The translations under genes were made by a program, and so were the position numbers. From Kiritimatiellia bacterium (GTDB taxonomy: Bacteria > Verrucomicrobiota > Kiritimatiellia > RFP12 > JBMNHG01): 56,671 nt of DNA. The stretch covers positions 1-56,671 of the forward strand of contig JBMNHG010000010.1 of assembly GCA_050950285.1 (NCBI GenBank), read 5' to 3'. Positions 31,829-43,351 of the stretch are shown in pieces (the first letter of the stretch is position 1; the number at the start of each line of letters is the position of its first letter). Under the pieces are notes generated by a model, which was not told the origin of the DNA, did not search any database, and worked only from the letters and a program-made list of their open reading frames with translations.

Positions 31829-33649
31829 CTACCGGTCGTAGAAGCCCGCCTCCATGAGGGCGATCGTTCCGAGAAGGCCGCCCCAGTAGTAGAAGCTGTC
31901 GCCGCCCAGCCGCCCTTTCTCCACCGTGCCGTCGCCGGTGATGGCGTTGTAGTTCTCCATCACGGAACCGCTGGCGAGCCAGTTCTTGAGGAGCAGCGCG
32001 ACGGAGCGCTCGACCAGGTCCTTCCGGGGCTGGTCGAGCTTGCAGCGCCGCAAGCCAAGGTAGACGAGGAAGTTCATGGGCCCCCAGATGCGGCCGCGCC
32101 AGTAGCTTTGGTCGTGGAAGGCGGGGTCGTTGCGGGCGATGGAGGGAAGCACCCATTCGCCCCAGAACTCCCCGGGGTTGTAGAAGTGCTCCCGGATCAT
32201 GCGTTCGCACTGTCCGGGCGTGGCGGCGCCGGCGAGCATCGCGTAGAAGTTGGTCGGCGAGAGCCGGTGCGAGAAGGCGCCGGTGTCCGCGCGGCGGTTG
32301 CAGAAGATGCCGGCCGATTCGTCCCAGAGGTTCTTGCGGAGCGCGTCGCGCACCCGGTCGCCGCGGGCGCGCAGCATGGTCTCGTCCCCGCTTCGGCCGA
32401 GCTCGCGCGCGATGTCCGCAAGGGCGTCGCACTCGGAGGCGTAGAGCGAGGTGAGGCCCACGTCCCACATCTGCAGCAGGTGCGTCTGCGGGTCGAAGGG
32501 GACGTCGTCGTACATGGGGGAGTTGTCGAGCCCGGACTCCAGCGAGGCGCCGAAGCGCTCGTTCACGCCCCACGTCTCCCACATGTTGCCCACGACGGGC
32601 TCGTAGGGCGTGGAGCCCCAGGCGAGGAGGCCGTCCTTCTGGCGGTCGGTCCACCACCATTGGTTCCAGCGGAGCAGGTTCGGGTAGACACGCCCGAGGA
32701 ACCAGCGCTGCCCCCACTTGCGGTAGATCTCGCGGCATACCCAGCACCCAACGGGCGGTTCGGAGCGGTCGCGGCTCGCCGCGCCGGTGGCGTAGGCGAA
32801 GTTCGGGACGAAGCCGGACTCGGTAATCTCGTCGGTCATGGCCACGGCGTTGGCCATGGCGAGTTCGCCGTTCTCGAGGGAGAACATGTACGAGGCGAAG
32901 TAGGTGTCCCACTCGAAAAGCACCCATCCATGCTGGCACCAGGTGCGGGCGACCGGGGTGATGACGCGCTTCTTGACGGGGTCGTAGACGGTGTTCCACG
33001 CGAGCACGGCGCGGGAGGCTTTGTAGACCTCGGCGAGGTCGCCGTATTCCGCCGCCTTCGCATCGAGGCCGGCCTTGAGGGCGTCCAGCGCGGCCGCAAT
33101 CCCGGCGACGGTGCGGCGGCGCCCCGCAGAGAGGCCCTGCGGCCGGTCGAGAGGAATGGCGAGATAGGGCGAGGACGACCAGACGATGGGCTCGTCCGCG
33201 GTCGCGCAGGTGGGGAAGAAGTCGATCGTTTGCGCGGGGGCCTCGCCGCGCAGCACGCCGCCATCGAGACGGAAGACGCCGGGGCGGTTCCAGAGGAAGC
33301 CGCCTTCGACCACGAGCAGCGGCGCCTTCTTCACGGGCTTGTGGAGCGGGGTGGCGAGAGCGATGAAATCGCCGTCCGTCACGCCGGTCTGGAGGCGGAT
33401 GTCGAGTTTCTGCCAGTGGAGCACGAGTTCCGTGTAGGAGCCATCGTAGGAGCGAAGGCCGGGGTTGATGTCCGTCGGCCCTTTGAGGAAGCTGTGCGAA
33501 TAGGTGCCGTCCTGGTATTCCTTGATGCCCATCTGCAGGAGCATCCCCTCGGGGAGGAGCACATGCGAAAGCATGCTGTGGACATACCAGGTGTTCCAGC
33601 CCTGCGCGAGAGTGGAGGTGAGGTCGTCGTAGGAGGCGTAATCTTTCAT
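31829..33649 (-). CDS. MGH1/GH63/trehalase-like (alpha/alpha)6 glycoside hydrolase
   Basis: 'FEWDTYF', 'ESGLDNSP', 'YWRGRIW', 'ENYN'. Confidence 0.88.
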   Translation of the reverse strand: MKDYASYDDLTSTLAQGWNTWYVHSMLSHVLLPEGMLLQMGIKEYQDGTYSHSFLKGPTDINPGLRSYDGSYTELVLHWQKLDIRLQTGVTDGDFIALATPLHKPVKKAPLLVVEGGFLWNRPGVFRLDGGVLRGEAPAQTIDFFPTCATADEPIVWSSSPYLAIPLDRPQGLSAGRRRTVAGIAAALDALKAGLDAKAAEYGDLAEVYKASRAVLAWNTVYDPVKKRVITPVARTWCQHGWVLFEWDTYFASYMFSLENGELAMANAVAMTDEITESGFVPNFAYATGAASRDRSEPPVGCWVCREIYRKWGQRWFLGRVYPNLLRWNQWWWTDRQKDGLLAWGSTPYEPVVGNMWETWGVNERFGASLESGLDNSPMYDDVPFDPQTHLLQMWDVGLTSLYASECDALADIARELGRSGDETMLRARGDRVRDALRKNLWDESAGIFCNRRADTGAFSHRLSPTNFYAMLAGAATPGQCERMIREHFYNPGEFWGEWVLPSIARNDPAFHDQSYWRGRIWGPMNFLVYLGLRRCKLDQPRKDLVERSVALLLKNWLASGSVMENYNAITGDGTVEKGRLGGDSFYYWGGLLGTIALMEAGFYDR

Positions 33650-33783
33650 GGCGGAAAGCGTAGAAGGGATTCCCCCCGAAGGCAAGCGCAAGTCTCGCCG
33701 TTTGTCGCGACGCGCGGGACACGGAGACAGCGCTCCAAAAGCTTGCCGCAAGGACGCGGAAAGCGTATCATGGCGCCCGTATC

Positions 33784-33874
33784 CAGTTGGGGTGTCTGCC
33801 GTCCGGCAGTCTGAGAGTATACCCATAGAACCTGAACCAGGTCATGCTGGCGTAGGGATACTGATGGCGTGGGT
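33784..33874 (+). ncRNA. TPP (THI-box) riboswitch
   Basis: GGGGTG...CTGAGA...ACCC...GAACCTGA.CCAGGTCATGCTGGCGTAGGGA directly upstream of thi4-thiE. Confidence 0.93.
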
Positions 33875-33935
33875 CGCCGAACAGGCCGGCCACGATGCTC
33901 CGACTGATCCCATCCATCCGCAACACAGGAGCATC

Positions 33936-34721
33936 ATGCACGCATCCGTCATGGAAACAACCATCTCCGGCGCGATCGTCCGGAGTTTCACCGCCAAGCT
34001 CGAACGGCACCTTGCCGTCGACGTGGCAATCATCGGCGCAGGGCCCTCGGGCCTGGTTGCCGCGCACGATCTGGCGCGTTCCGGATTCCGCGTGGCCATC
34101 TACGAAAGCAAGCTTGCCCCGGGCGGAGGCACCTGGGGTGGCGGCATGATGATGAACGAGGCCGTCGTGCAGGACGATGCCGCGGCAATCCTGCACGAGT
34201 TCGGCATCACGACCGTTGCTCTTGGCAACGGCTACCACACGCTGGATTCCGTCGAGATGGCGTCGGGACTCATCTTCGGCGCGCGCCGCGCCGGTGCCGT
34301 CATCTTCAACGCCATGTGCGCCGAAGATGTCGTGATCCATGACGGTGTCGTCAGCGGCGTCGTCATCAACTGGAATCCCATCCGGCGGCTGGAAATGCAT
34401 GTCGATCCGCTCGTGGTCGTCTCGCGCGCGCTGGTGGACGGCACGGGACATCCCAGCGAGATTGTCGCCAAGGTTGTGACCAAGGCCGGCATGAGGATCG
34501 ACTCCCCCACGGGCGGCATCGTCGGCGAGAAGCCGATGTGGATGGAGGATGGCGAACGTACGACCGTCGAGAACACCCGGCGACTTTGTCCCGGGCTTTA
34601 CGCCTGCGGCATGGCGGCCAACAATGTCCAGGGAGGCTTCCGCATGGGGCCCATTTTCGGCGGCATGCTCAAAAGCGGCCGCAAGGTCGCCCGCCTGATC
34701 GCCCGGGATCTTGCATCGTGA
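33936..34721 (+). CDS. thi4: Sulfide-dependent ADT thiazole synthase (Thi4)
   Basis: 'GAGPSG', 'GGGTWGGG', 'HVDP', '[13 protein letters not shown]'; downstream of the TPP riboswitch. Confidence 0.95.
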   Translation: MHASVMETTISGAIVRSFTAKLERHLAVDVAIIGAGPSGLVAAHDLARSGFRVAIYESKLAPGGGTWGGGMMMNEAVVQDDAAAILHEFGITTVALGNGYHTLDSVEMASGLIFGARRAGAVIFNAMCAEDVVIHDGVVSGVVINWNPIRRLEMHVDPLVVVSRALVDGTGHPSEIVAKVVTKAGMRIDSPTGGIVGEKPMWMEDGERTTVENTRRLCPGLYACGMAANNVQGGFRMGPIFGGMLKSGRKVARLIARDLAS

Positions 34722-35476
34722 GCACGACTCCCGGAGTGCCGGCGGACGAGGCGCGTTTTGGTCTCTATCTGATTCTCACCAACCCCCGTGCGGGCTACGA
34801 AGCCTGTGCCGAGGCGGCAGTTCAAGCCGGAGTCCGCTATCTCCAGCTGCGCATGAAGGAGACGCCCCGCGACGAGATTGTCGCGGTTGCGCGGACTCTG
34901 CGTGGCATTGCCGCCGGAACGGCCACGCGCTTCGTCGTCAACGACGATCCTTCGATCGCGTCCGAGGTGGGCGCCGATGGAGTCCATCTCGGCCAGACGG
35001 ACGCTCCGATCGAAACGGTGCGGGCACGCTATCCTGAGTTGAAGATCATAGGGCTCTCCACCCACAACGCGGCGCAGGCCGCGTGTGCCAATCGGGCTGC
35101 ACCCGCCTACATCGGCGTAGGCCCTGTCTTCGCCACCCCCACCAAGGCGATTCCCGATCCCGTCCTCGGTTGCGCAGGGGCCGGGCGCATCATCCGCGCC
35201 AGCCATGTGCCGGCCGTGGCGATCGGCGGCATCGACGCTGCGACGTTGCCTTCCGTGCTGGCGGCCGGAGCGATCAACTTTGCCGTTGTCCGGGCGGTAT
35301 GCGAAGCCACATCCCCGCTTGATGCCATCCACCGTCTTCAGGACATCTGGCAGGAACACGTGGCAACGGACCAACAGAAAACAGTACGCGCATTGACGAG
35401 GTTGACCTCGCGGACCCTATTGACGGAGCAGTGTTCCGGCGTGAGCCACCGTCAACCTTGTCAACAAGGTCAATGA
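34718..35476 (+). CDS. thiE: Thiamine-phosphate synthase
   Basis: 'LQLRMK', 'VNDD', 'GVHLGQTD', 'GPVFATPTK', 'AIGGI'; GTGA overlap with thi4. Confidence 0.93.
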   Translation: MSTTPGVPADEARFGLYLILTNPRAGYEACAEAAVQAGVRYLQLRMKETPRDEIVAVARTLRGIAAGTATRFVVNDDPSIASEVGADGVHLGQTDAPIETVRARYPELKIIGLSTHNAAQAACANRAAPAYIGVGPVFATPTKAIPDPVLGCAGAGRIIRASHVPAVAIGGIDAATLPSVLAAGAINFAVVRAVCEATSPLDAIHRLQDIWQEHVATDQQKTVRALTRLTSRTLLTEQCSGVSHRQPCQQGQ

Positions 35477-35486
35477 AGTCAATGCG
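35389..35486. repeat. Inverted-repeat mini-element with 9-bp periodic TTGAC/GTCAA units
   Basis: cgcattgac...gtcaatgcg ends; GTCAA at 35451, 35460, 35469, 35478. Confidence 0.7.
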
Positions 35487-35542
35487 GTCACATCATGCGG
35501 CGGAGACCGTCGCGCCGCAATAACGCTGGCGTTAGAAATAGA

Positions 35543-36043
35543 ATGAACAAGCGCACAATCGCAATCGCCGTATTCCTTCTTCTCACGGTAGCCTGTGTGG
35601 CGCACGCGCTATGGTATTACCCCCGTTTGCCTGCGCAGGTGGCACACCATTTCGACGCATCGGGCCGGCCGGACGCCTGGGGCAGCAAACTTGACTTCCT
35701 GGCCAGCTACCTCGCCACCATCGGTGTGACGGCCGTCACGTTTCTCGGTATCGGCCTTCTCATGCCAAAGCTCCCAAACCGGGCAATCAACCTTCCCAAC
35801 AAGGACTACTGGCTGGCACCGGAACGGCGGCGGCAGACGATGGACTCCATGCTCGCCGCGTTGCTCTGGTTCGGCTCGCTCACGATGCTTCTGCTGCTCG
35901 GCATCCTCCACCAGTCGTTCCAGGTGCACCTGGGCAACGCGACAAGGCTGGATCACGTCTGGGACGCCATGGGAGGATACATGGTGCTGGCCACAGTGTG
36001 GTGCGTCGCAGTCTACCGAAGATTCAGCAAGAAGGAATCCTGA
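35543..36043 (+). CDS. DUF1648 membrane protein
   Basis: 'YYPRLPAQVAHHFDASGRPDAWGSK', 'INLPNKDYWLAPERR', several TM segments. Confidence 0.85.
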   Translation: MNKRTIAIAVFLLLTVACVAHALWYYPRLPAQVAHHFDASGRPDAWGSKLDFLASYLATIGVTAVTFLGIGLLMPKLPNRAINLPNKDYWLAPERRRQTMDSMLAALLWFGSLTMLLLLGILHQSFQVHLGNATRLDHVWDAMGGYMVLATVWCVAVYRRFSKKES

Positions 36044-36095
36044 CCAGAGGGTTCGGGCGACTCGCAATGGCTTGCGACCACCCTCGCCGTTCGGC
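36038..36095 (+). other. Degenerate attC-like site after the DUF1648 gene
   Basis: TCCTGAC (contains the stop)...GAGGGT...TCGCAA..TTGCGA..ACCCTC...GTTCGGC; gene preceded by GCGTTAGAA at 35529-35537. Confidence 0.45.
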
Positions 36096-36160
36096 GCGGA
36101 GAGGGAGGCGACAAAACGCCAGGTTGTCAAAACGGTGGTCGACGGGCGTTCGTAGCCCGC

Positions 36161-36556
36161 CTACGCCAGGGTGATGTTCCGGCTCGATTCCCAGAGTCCG
36201 TGGATGTTGCAGTAGGTGGTGGCGAAGAGGGTTCCCGAGGAAAGCAGGCGCACCCGCACGGTCACGCGGCTGTCGGCATAGACCGGGCCTTCGTTGGGGC
36301 CCTTGGCCGACTGCCCGTGGGCCGAGAACTCGAACCGGCCCAGCTCGTAGGAGAGGGCGGCACCTTCGGGGACGAAGTGGAGCGCGATCCAGCATATGTG
36401 GTGCTCGGTGGTGTTGGGGTGGGGGATCTCCTTGCCGACCGCGACCGAAATCTCGATCCAGTCGCCGGCCTTGGCGGACTCCGGCGCATCGATCATCGGG
36501 ACATGCTTCTCGTTCTTCCAGTCGTCGGCCTTGACGAATTCGTTTAGTCTCTTCAT
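36161..36556 (-). CDS. Superoxide reductase (neelaredoxin / class II SORL)
   Basis: 'EKHVP', 'HPNTTEHHI', 'YCNIHGLW'. Confidence 0.93.
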   Translation of the reverse strand: MKRLNEFVKADDWKNEKHVPMIDAPESAKAGDWIEISVAVGKEIPHPNTTEHHICWIALHFVPEGAALSYELGRFEFSAHGQSAKGPNEGPVYADSRVTVRVRLLSSGTLFATTYCNIHGLWESSRNITLA

Positions 36557-36642
36557 TTTCGGGTCTCCTTCGATTGTCCTGAAAAATCCTGGCGCGCGGC
36601 ACTGCGGCTTCAGGAAAGCTCATTGTATATCGCCCCGGCGCA

Positions 36643-37008
36643 TCACGTCAAACAGGCGATGGGAAGTGCGGGCCGATCCGCATTCGCGGCAGACGCGGCG
36701 TCCCCCGCCGCGTTGCGGTCCGACAAGCCATTTCCGAGAAACGCGGCGCGCCGCGTCTGCACCGCCCGGACGAGATTGGCGATCCCCATCGCCCAGATCG
36801 TGCGCCTGGACGGAATCTTGAGCCCGATTGACAGGATGAACCCCTCGACAAGCACGACGAAGAGCGTCAGAGGTACGACAACAACCACCCCGGCGACGGC
36901 CAGGAACCCGAAGTTGATCGCATCGGCACGGGCCCCCATCGGGAAGAGGATGCAGGCGGCGAGCATGCGGGGCAGGGCCCCCGGTGGTCGCAGGTTGCTG
37001 GCTTTCAT
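36643..37008 (-). pseudogene. Short or truncated membrane protein
   Basis: Signal plus TM segments 'LFVVLVEGFIL...MGIANLV', then sequence that does not look protein-like. Confidence 0.3.
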
Positions 37009-37198
37009 GGTCTGTGATCCAATATCACGCGCGAGCGGACGGATCGACCGCCGCAGGTGAAACATGCGTTCCACTGGGAGGCCGTTTGAATGCGGGCGCG
37101 CGGGCGGGCTGGAGGGACGGCCTGCCCCTGTCCCAAACACGGCTGTTCCGGCATCGGCATCGGATTCCGGTCCCGGCAGGTGCTGCCGCATGGCGGCC

Positions 37199-39256
37199 TC
37201 AGGGTCCGCGGATTTGTGCGGAGAGGATGGCGCAAGGCGCGGTTTTCGACGTGACCTTGGTTGTGACCCAGGTCCCGGGGGCTGCCTGGGCGAGGGGCTT
37301 GCGTATCCTTTGGTATTGCTGCGAGAGGGACAACATGCCCGTCTCGCCGCCGACCTCTTCGACGAGGGCGCTGGAGGGGGATTCGGAGGCGATGACCAGT
37401 TCGAGGAAGAGCGGGGACGACGGTTCCCAGGTGGCAGGGAAGTAGATTTCGAAGGTCGATGGCACGCCGGCCTTCGCGTAGAGGCAGGGGGTGAAGGGCT
37501 CGTCGAAGGACCTGGGTTTCAGGGAGCTCATGCCCCAGGTCGGGCCGGGGATCACGAGCGGCTCGTGCGTGGCTTCGGCATTCGCGACCGCCTCGTCCAT
37601 CGTCGGGAGCAGGATGCGGGAGAGATAGCTTTTCACGCCGAGGACCTCGGGGAAGAGGTGGAGGGCGTCGGTCCATGCCAGCGTCGGCGGGCGGACTTCG
37701 AAGACGGCGTTCGTCGTATGGATGCCGCCGGCGGACACCCACTCCATGTGCTCCTCGCTGGTGACGTAGACGGGGAGGAGGGGCGACAGCCCGTGGATGG
37801 CGCGGATGCCGGCGATGGCGATGTCGCGCCCCTGCTCCCAGTAGCAGGGGGAGACGGGCATGTTGGTGCCGTCGGGCGGAGACGGGAGCGCGTAGTAGTC
37901 GCCGAGGAAGCGCGCCTCGTAGTGGTTGGGGAAGAGGAGCCCATTGTGCGCCAGTGCGTCGCCTTCGAGGGCCTTTTGGAACTTCCTGTACGGTTCGAGG
38001 CGCCCCTCGAGGAGGACGAGCGTGGTGTCGGCCAGCACGTTCCCGGCCAGGATCGTCGCGGGGAGGAGCCAGAGGAGCCGCGCGGGGCCGGGGCGCGATG
38101 CCGCGGCGTCGACGCACCGTTGGACGCCGGCGCCCGTGAGCACGAGCACGGGGGCGAGCGCGTAGATCCAGTAGCGGGCGACGTTCGGCATGTAGTCGCG
38201 CAACGCCGAGTAGGAGAGGAAGAAGGCGACGGCCAGGATGGAGGCGATGCACAGCGTGGCGATCCGCTGTGCGGCAGGATCCGATTTCCGCCTGTAGAGC
38301 GCCCGGATGCCGAGGAGGCAAACCGCGACGCCCGCGATCCAGCCGCCGGTGAACGACGGGAAGTTCGTCGCCGCATAGCGGGCCAGCTCCTTCGGCAGGC
38401 CGGACGCCTTCGCCCATTGGATGGTGCGCGTCCCGAGGTGGATCGCCTTGCCCTGGGAATCCAGGTACATCTGCAGGTTCACCAGCACGGGAATCGCGAG
38501 CGGGATGCCCAGCTGGAGGGCGCGGACGAGGCCGCATTGCACCCATTCGACGAGGAGCGCGACCGCGCAGACCACCACCCACACGAAGAGTCCGGCGAAG
38601 TGGAAGGTCACGAAGAGCGATCCCGCGACGGCGAGCAGGAACAGGTGGAGGAAGCTCCGCCAGCCGGGCCCTTCCCCCGCCCCGGGACGCGTGGCCAGGA
38701 GCGCGAAGGCGCAGGCGAAGGCCGCGCTCCACATCTCGTAGAAGCCGAGTTCGCTGCCGTAGTAGACCAGAAGCGGATTGGTGGCCACGATCGACGAGGC
38801 CATCCACCCCGGCATCGCGCCGTGCCGGAGCGCGCGCAGGGTTCGCAGCGTGGCGGCGGTGATGACGGCGGCGGACAGCGCGCTCACGAGGCATCCGCCC
38901 CACTCGTAGCCGAACAGCAGCTGGAAGGGGCGCATGAAAAGGTAGGCTGTGGGCGTCTGCGTGCAGAATTCGACCAGATGCTTGAGGGCGAGCAAGTCGG
39001 CGATCGGATAGTGCTGCCCCTTGATGCGGAGGATTTCGTCGCACCAGAGCGCCCGCCCGCCCGCCGCGCTGGAGAGGAGGGACAGCGTGAAGGAAACCGC
39101 CGCCCAGCCTGCCGTGCGGATCCAGCCGGACGGCGGCGCGGATGGAGGCGCGGGAGGAGGCGCCGCCGCGGCCGCCTGCTTCGAGGCCGGGGATTTTCTG
39201 CCGGGTTTCACGGGGAGGGTGGGTGGGAGGATAGGAGGATGGGCGCGTGGCAACAA
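37199..39256 (-). CDS. Polytopic membrane protein, GT-C (PMT/ArnT-like) fold suspected; start uncertain
   Basis: 'ALWCDE', 'NPLLVYYGSELGFY', many TM helices plus a soluble C-terminus. Confidence 0.6.
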   Translation of the reverse strand: MLPRAHPPILPPTLPVKPGRKSPASKQAAAAAPPPAPPSAPPSGWIRTAGWAAVSFTLSLLSSAAGGRALWCDEILRIKGQHYPIADLLALKHLVEFCTQTPTAYLFMRPFQLLFGYEWGGCLVSALSAAVITAATLRTLRALRHGAMPGWMASSIVATNPLLVYYGSELGFYEMWSAAFACAFALLATRPGAGEGPGWRSFLHLFLLAVAGSLFVTFHFAGLFVWVVVCAVALLVEWVQCGLVRALQLGIPLAIPVLVNLQMYLDSQGKAIHLGTRTIQWAKASGLPKELARYAATNFPSFTGGWIAGVAVCLLGIRALYRRKSDPAAQRIATLCIASILAVAFFLSYSALRDYMPNVARYWIYALAPVLVLTGAGVQRCVDAAASRPGPARLLWLLPATILAGNVLADTTLVLLEGRLEPYRKFQKALEGDALAHNGLLFPNHYEARFLGDYYALPSPPDGTNMPVSPCYWEQGRDIAIAGIRAIHGLSPLLPVYVTSEEHMEWVSAGGIHTTNAVFEVRPPTLAWTDALHLFPEVLGVKSYLSRILLPTMDEAVANAEATHEPLVIPGPTWGMSSLKPRSFDEPFTPCLYAKAGVPSTFEIYFPATWEPSSPLFLELVIASESPSSALVEEVGGETGMLSLSQQYQRIRKPLAQAAPGTWVTTKVTSKTAPCAILSAQIRGP

Positions 39257-39607
39257 TTGCTTCGCGGAAACATACGACGGCCGATGCCGTTCTGTCGAGC
39301 GGAAAGCGCTCCATCGGCCCGTCCGCCTGCGTGCATTCCGTATTGCAAGTCAGGCGGGCGGGAAACAGGGCGCAAAAAAAACGCTTTCTCTTTTCATGAC
39401 GCTCCGGTACAATCCCTTATGACGCTTTAACAATCCATGCCCTGATGCAATCCTCCGCACGTTGGAGATGGGAATGGGCAGCTAGGAAGAGGCGATGCCG
39501 GACAGGCTGGACAAGGTTTTGGTGGCGCATGAGCAGGCCGACGAGTCGCTCGCGGGGCGGATTGCCGCTGTTGCATCTACTTGTCTGCATCTCCAAGGAG
39601 TATCCTC

Positions 39608-40606
39608 ATGGGCATGACGCCGCGCGAAGTCGTTCGGCACACCGTTCGTTTCACGGGTGCGGATCGCATCCCCTACAACCTGGCGCCGCCCTACGGCACC
39701 GATTTCGCCCACGTGGGCATGACCCCCTCGCCCGATGCCCGGCCGCGGTCCGGAACCGACGAGTGGGGCTGCGCCTGGGAAAACATCGGCGTCTCCAATC
39801 TCGGCGAAGTGAAACAGCCCGTGCTGGCGGACTGGGCCGACTGGAAGGAATTGCGCATCCCCGACATCCGCGAACCTCGCCGCTGGGACGCACTGGCCAA
39901 AGCGCGCGAGCAGGCAGGCGACAAGTTCCTGATGGCCCACGGTATCTCGCTCTACGAACGCGTCCATTTCCTGCGAGGACTGGAAGATACCTGGATCGAC
40001 ATCTACACGGCCCCGGACGAACTGGGACGCCTGATCGACGTGCTGGTCGAGATGAACCTCTACGCCATCGGGCGGTTCGCGGAGGCCGGGGCCGACGGCT
40101 ACATGTTCTGCGACGACTGGGGGCTGCAACACAGCCTGATGATTTCGCCCGACTCGTGGCGCACGATCTGGAAGCCGCGCTACGCCCGCGTCTACCGCGC
40201 CGCGCACGACGCCGGCCTGCTGACCTTCCTGCACAGTTGCGGCCATATCGTCGACATCCTCGACGACCTGATCGAGGCCGGACTCGACGTCATCCAAATG
40301 GACCAGCAGGAGAACATGGGCGTCGACTTGCTGGGCGAGCGTTTCGGCGGCCGCCTGACCTTCTGGTGTCCGGTCGACATCCAGGCGACCATGGCATACG
40401 GCACCCCCCAGGAAATCCGCGCCTACTGCCGGAAGCTGGTGGCCACGCTGGGGCGTCCATCGGGCGGCTTCATCGCGCAATGGTATGCCGACCCCAAAGG
40501 GGCGGGCCACAAGCAGGAGTCGATCGATGCCATGTGCGACGAATTTCTCAAGCTCAGCCGCGCCTTCGGCGAACAAACCTCTCGTCGCCGGCATGTGCCA
40601 AGCTGA
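39608..40606 (+). CDS. Uroporphyrinogen decarboxylase family protein
   Basis: 'DEWGC', 'CDDWG', 'LHSCGHI', 'VDIQ'; AAGGAG RBS. Confidence 0.88.
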   Translation: MGMTPREVVRHTVRFTGADRIPYNLAPPYGTDFAHVGMTPSPDARPRSGTDEWGCAWENIGVSNLGEVKQPVLADWADWKELRIPDIREPRRWDALAKAREQAGDKFLMAHGISLYERVHFLRGLEDTWIDIYTAPDELGRLIDVLVEMNLYAIGRFAEAGADGYMFCDDWGLQHSLMISPDSWRTIWKPRYARVYRAAHDAGLLTFLHSCGHIVDILDDLIEAGLDVIQMDQQENMGVDLLGERFGGRLTFWCPVDIQATMAYGTPQEIRAYCRKLVATLGRPSGGFIAQWYADPKGAGHKQESIDAMCDEFLKLSRAFGEQTSRRRHVPS

Positions 40607-40899
40607 ACCCTGGATCCCGACCCCTTGGCGCACGGCAACCCTGTGGAAGCACCTGCGCACCACACCAAACCCACGTCCATTGAAAAAAAATCGGAAAAAG
40701 TTTGCGTCATCCGCCGGAATCCACTACACTTGCCTGTGCAAAACAAAAGGGCGGCACGTGGCAAAAGGCAGTGATGCGACGCCTTCTGCGGCGATCCGAA
40801 TCCTTTCCAGGACGACACGGACGACACGGCGGTTGCCGGGATGTCGGAAGTGCCGGAGTCAAAAGACACCCGTTACACACGCAAACAACAGGAGTGACC

Positions 40900-43338
40900 A
40901 TGAAACCATCCATTCAATGCGTACGCAGGAAACATCGGGTTCCGGGGAGGCGGATGATGCTGAAATCCGCGCGGGCGCTGCTCGTCGGCGCCGTCCTGTC
41001 CGCCGGCTTGTCCGCATGGGCGGCTTTGCCCGAGCAGACCGTGGCGGTGCTGGAGTATCGGGACACGTTCGATCTCCAGGGGACGAACTTCATCGTCGGC
41101 ACGCTGAAGACGCTGAACGACGCGGCCATCATCACCAACTCGACGGCGACGTCGGAAACGGTGGTTCTCACGGTCGGCGACGGCGACGCCGATTCCTGGC
41201 TGGGCGGCGCGCTTTACGGCCCCGTCGTGTTGCGCAAGGTCGGCTCGGGCGCCCTCTACTTGGACGAGACGCACTTCGTCGGAGACGTGACGATCCGGCT
41301 TGAGGGCGGCACCCTTTCGGGAAACGCCACGGCGAAGGACGATCTCGCCGTCGTCCAGTCGAATGGCGTCAACAAGGCGCAGATCGACGTCGTCGGCGCG
41401 CTCGCGGTTTCGGGGACGCCCGCTTTCGCCGTTCCCTTCCTCGGTTGCGACACGGTCTTCTTCTCCTATGCGTCCGCCTCGTCCGAAACTCTCGCGCTGC
41501 TGGAATCCGCGCCTGTCGCAGGCGCCAGCGACGGCGCGACGATCACGCGGAGCGTGACGCCGGAGGAGTTCCGCTACCGGGCCCAGGTGCCGCTGACGGG
41601 CGCATTCTCGGCCTCGGGCGGAGCGAAGGCGCGGATCGGCGATGACGTCGTGCACACGTTCGGCGGGAGCGGCACGTTCACCGTGACGTCCGGCGAAGGG
41701 ACGATGGAAGTGCTGATCATCGCCGGCGGCGGTGGCGGCGCGGTCGGCCAGGGCGGCGCCGGCGGCGCGGGCGGCGTCGTCTACCGCGAGGCCCTGCCGG
41801 TCTCGGCGCGGGCGGAACCGTACGAAATCGTTGTCGGCGCGGGCGGCATCGGGGCGCTCTGCGCGGAAGACTCGGGGACGATCGTCCGTTCCAACACGTC
41901 GGGAGGAAATTCGTCCGCGTTCGGTTTGACGGCGATCGGCGGCGGTCGCGGCGCACCGGCCGGCTCGCATGGCGCCGCCGGCGGCAGCGGCGGCGGCAAC
42001 TCGCGTCTCTACCCGCAGCAAACACACGGCGGCGCAGGGACGGAAGGCCAGGGGTTTGCCGGCGGAAACGGCACGAGCTATTCGGGCGGCGGCGGCGGCG
42101 GCGCGGGCGCCCCCGGCTCGCAGGGGCATCCCAGCCAGGGCGGCATCGGCCGCCGGTTCGACATCGCCGGCCGGGAGGTGGGCTATGCCGGCGGCGGCGC
42201 GGGCGGCATGTGCAGCGTGTCCCGCATGGGATGCGGGGGCCTCGCGGACGAGCGAAAGCGCGTCGGGCTGGACGGTCTCGACGGGGCCGGCTCGGGCGGC
42301 GCGGCCGGCGGCTTCCAGGGCGCGGCGGCGAAACTCTTCGGCGGGCATGGCGGCAGCGGCGTCGTCATCATCCGCTATCGTTCGAACGGCCAGGGATTCG
42401 GCGAGACGCTGCAAGGTGCGACAGGAGGGGACGAGATCGTGGCCTACAAGGAAAACGGCGTTACGTGGCAGGCGCACATCTTCCGCACGAACGGCACGTT
42501 CACGCTGCCGGCCGGCAACCGGCGGCTCCAGCTGCTGGCCGTCGGCGGCGGCGGTGGCGGCGGCGGCGAGCTCGGGCGGCGGCGGCGGCGCGGGCGGCGT
42601 CCTGATCGTCAGCAACCTCTTCGTCAACGCGGGGACGTACCCGATCGAAATCGGCGCCGGCGGACCGCCGCACAATGGCAGCAATTTCGCCTCGAACGGC
42701 TGCCCCACGCGGGCGTTCGGATTCACGGTGCCGGGCGGCGGATTCTCGCGCTATTCGACGGGTCAGTCGCTTGACGCCATGGCCGGCGCGTCGGGCGGCG
42801 GCGGCGCCTATGTGTCCAATCCAGCTTGGAAAAACACGCCGGGCGTCAATCAATATGGCCAGGCGCTCCCCGGTTATGAGCGGGATTACCTTCGCGGCGG
42901 CCGCGCGTACCTCGGGTGGGGGCATGACGGCGGCGTGGGGCAGCTCCGAATTCCTGGGGCTACGGCTATGCGGGCGGCGGCGGCGGCGCGGGCGAGCCGG
43001 GGCATACCTGGCGCGATGCGGTCAAGAAGGGGCACGGCGGCGACGGCGTGATGTGCGCGTTTTCGGGCGAGGAAAAGTGGTACGGCGGCGGCGGGGGCGG
43101 CGCGATCCTGTATGGCTCCGAATCGCAGTCGTCCGCGGGCGGCGCGGGCGGCGGCGGACGCGGCGGCTGGTATGCGAACAGCGGCGGTCCACGCGTGGAC
43201 GGCACGGCGGGCGAACCCAACACCGGCGGCGGCGGCGGCGGCGGATCACAAAATGGTTCGGGCGGCGCAGGCGGCAGCGGCATCGTGATCATCCGCTACC
43301 AGCTCTCGCCCCCAGGGTCAATCGTGATCATCCGCTAA
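40900..43338 (+). CDS. Secreted protein with two glycine-rich domains; frameshifts at ~42570 and ~42940
   Basis: Signal peptide; 'VHTF..SGTFTV', 'GGGGG.GGAGG', 'GGSGVVIIRY' twice; domain 2 continues across three frame segments. Confidence 0.75.
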
Positions 43339-43351
43339 ACGTGCGGTGTAT

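Noticed and set aside
40740..40860. Possible c-di-GMP riboswitch (GGCAAA) before the glycine-rich gene
   Set aside because: Lacks the paired P2/GNRA arrangement and the second GCAAA element
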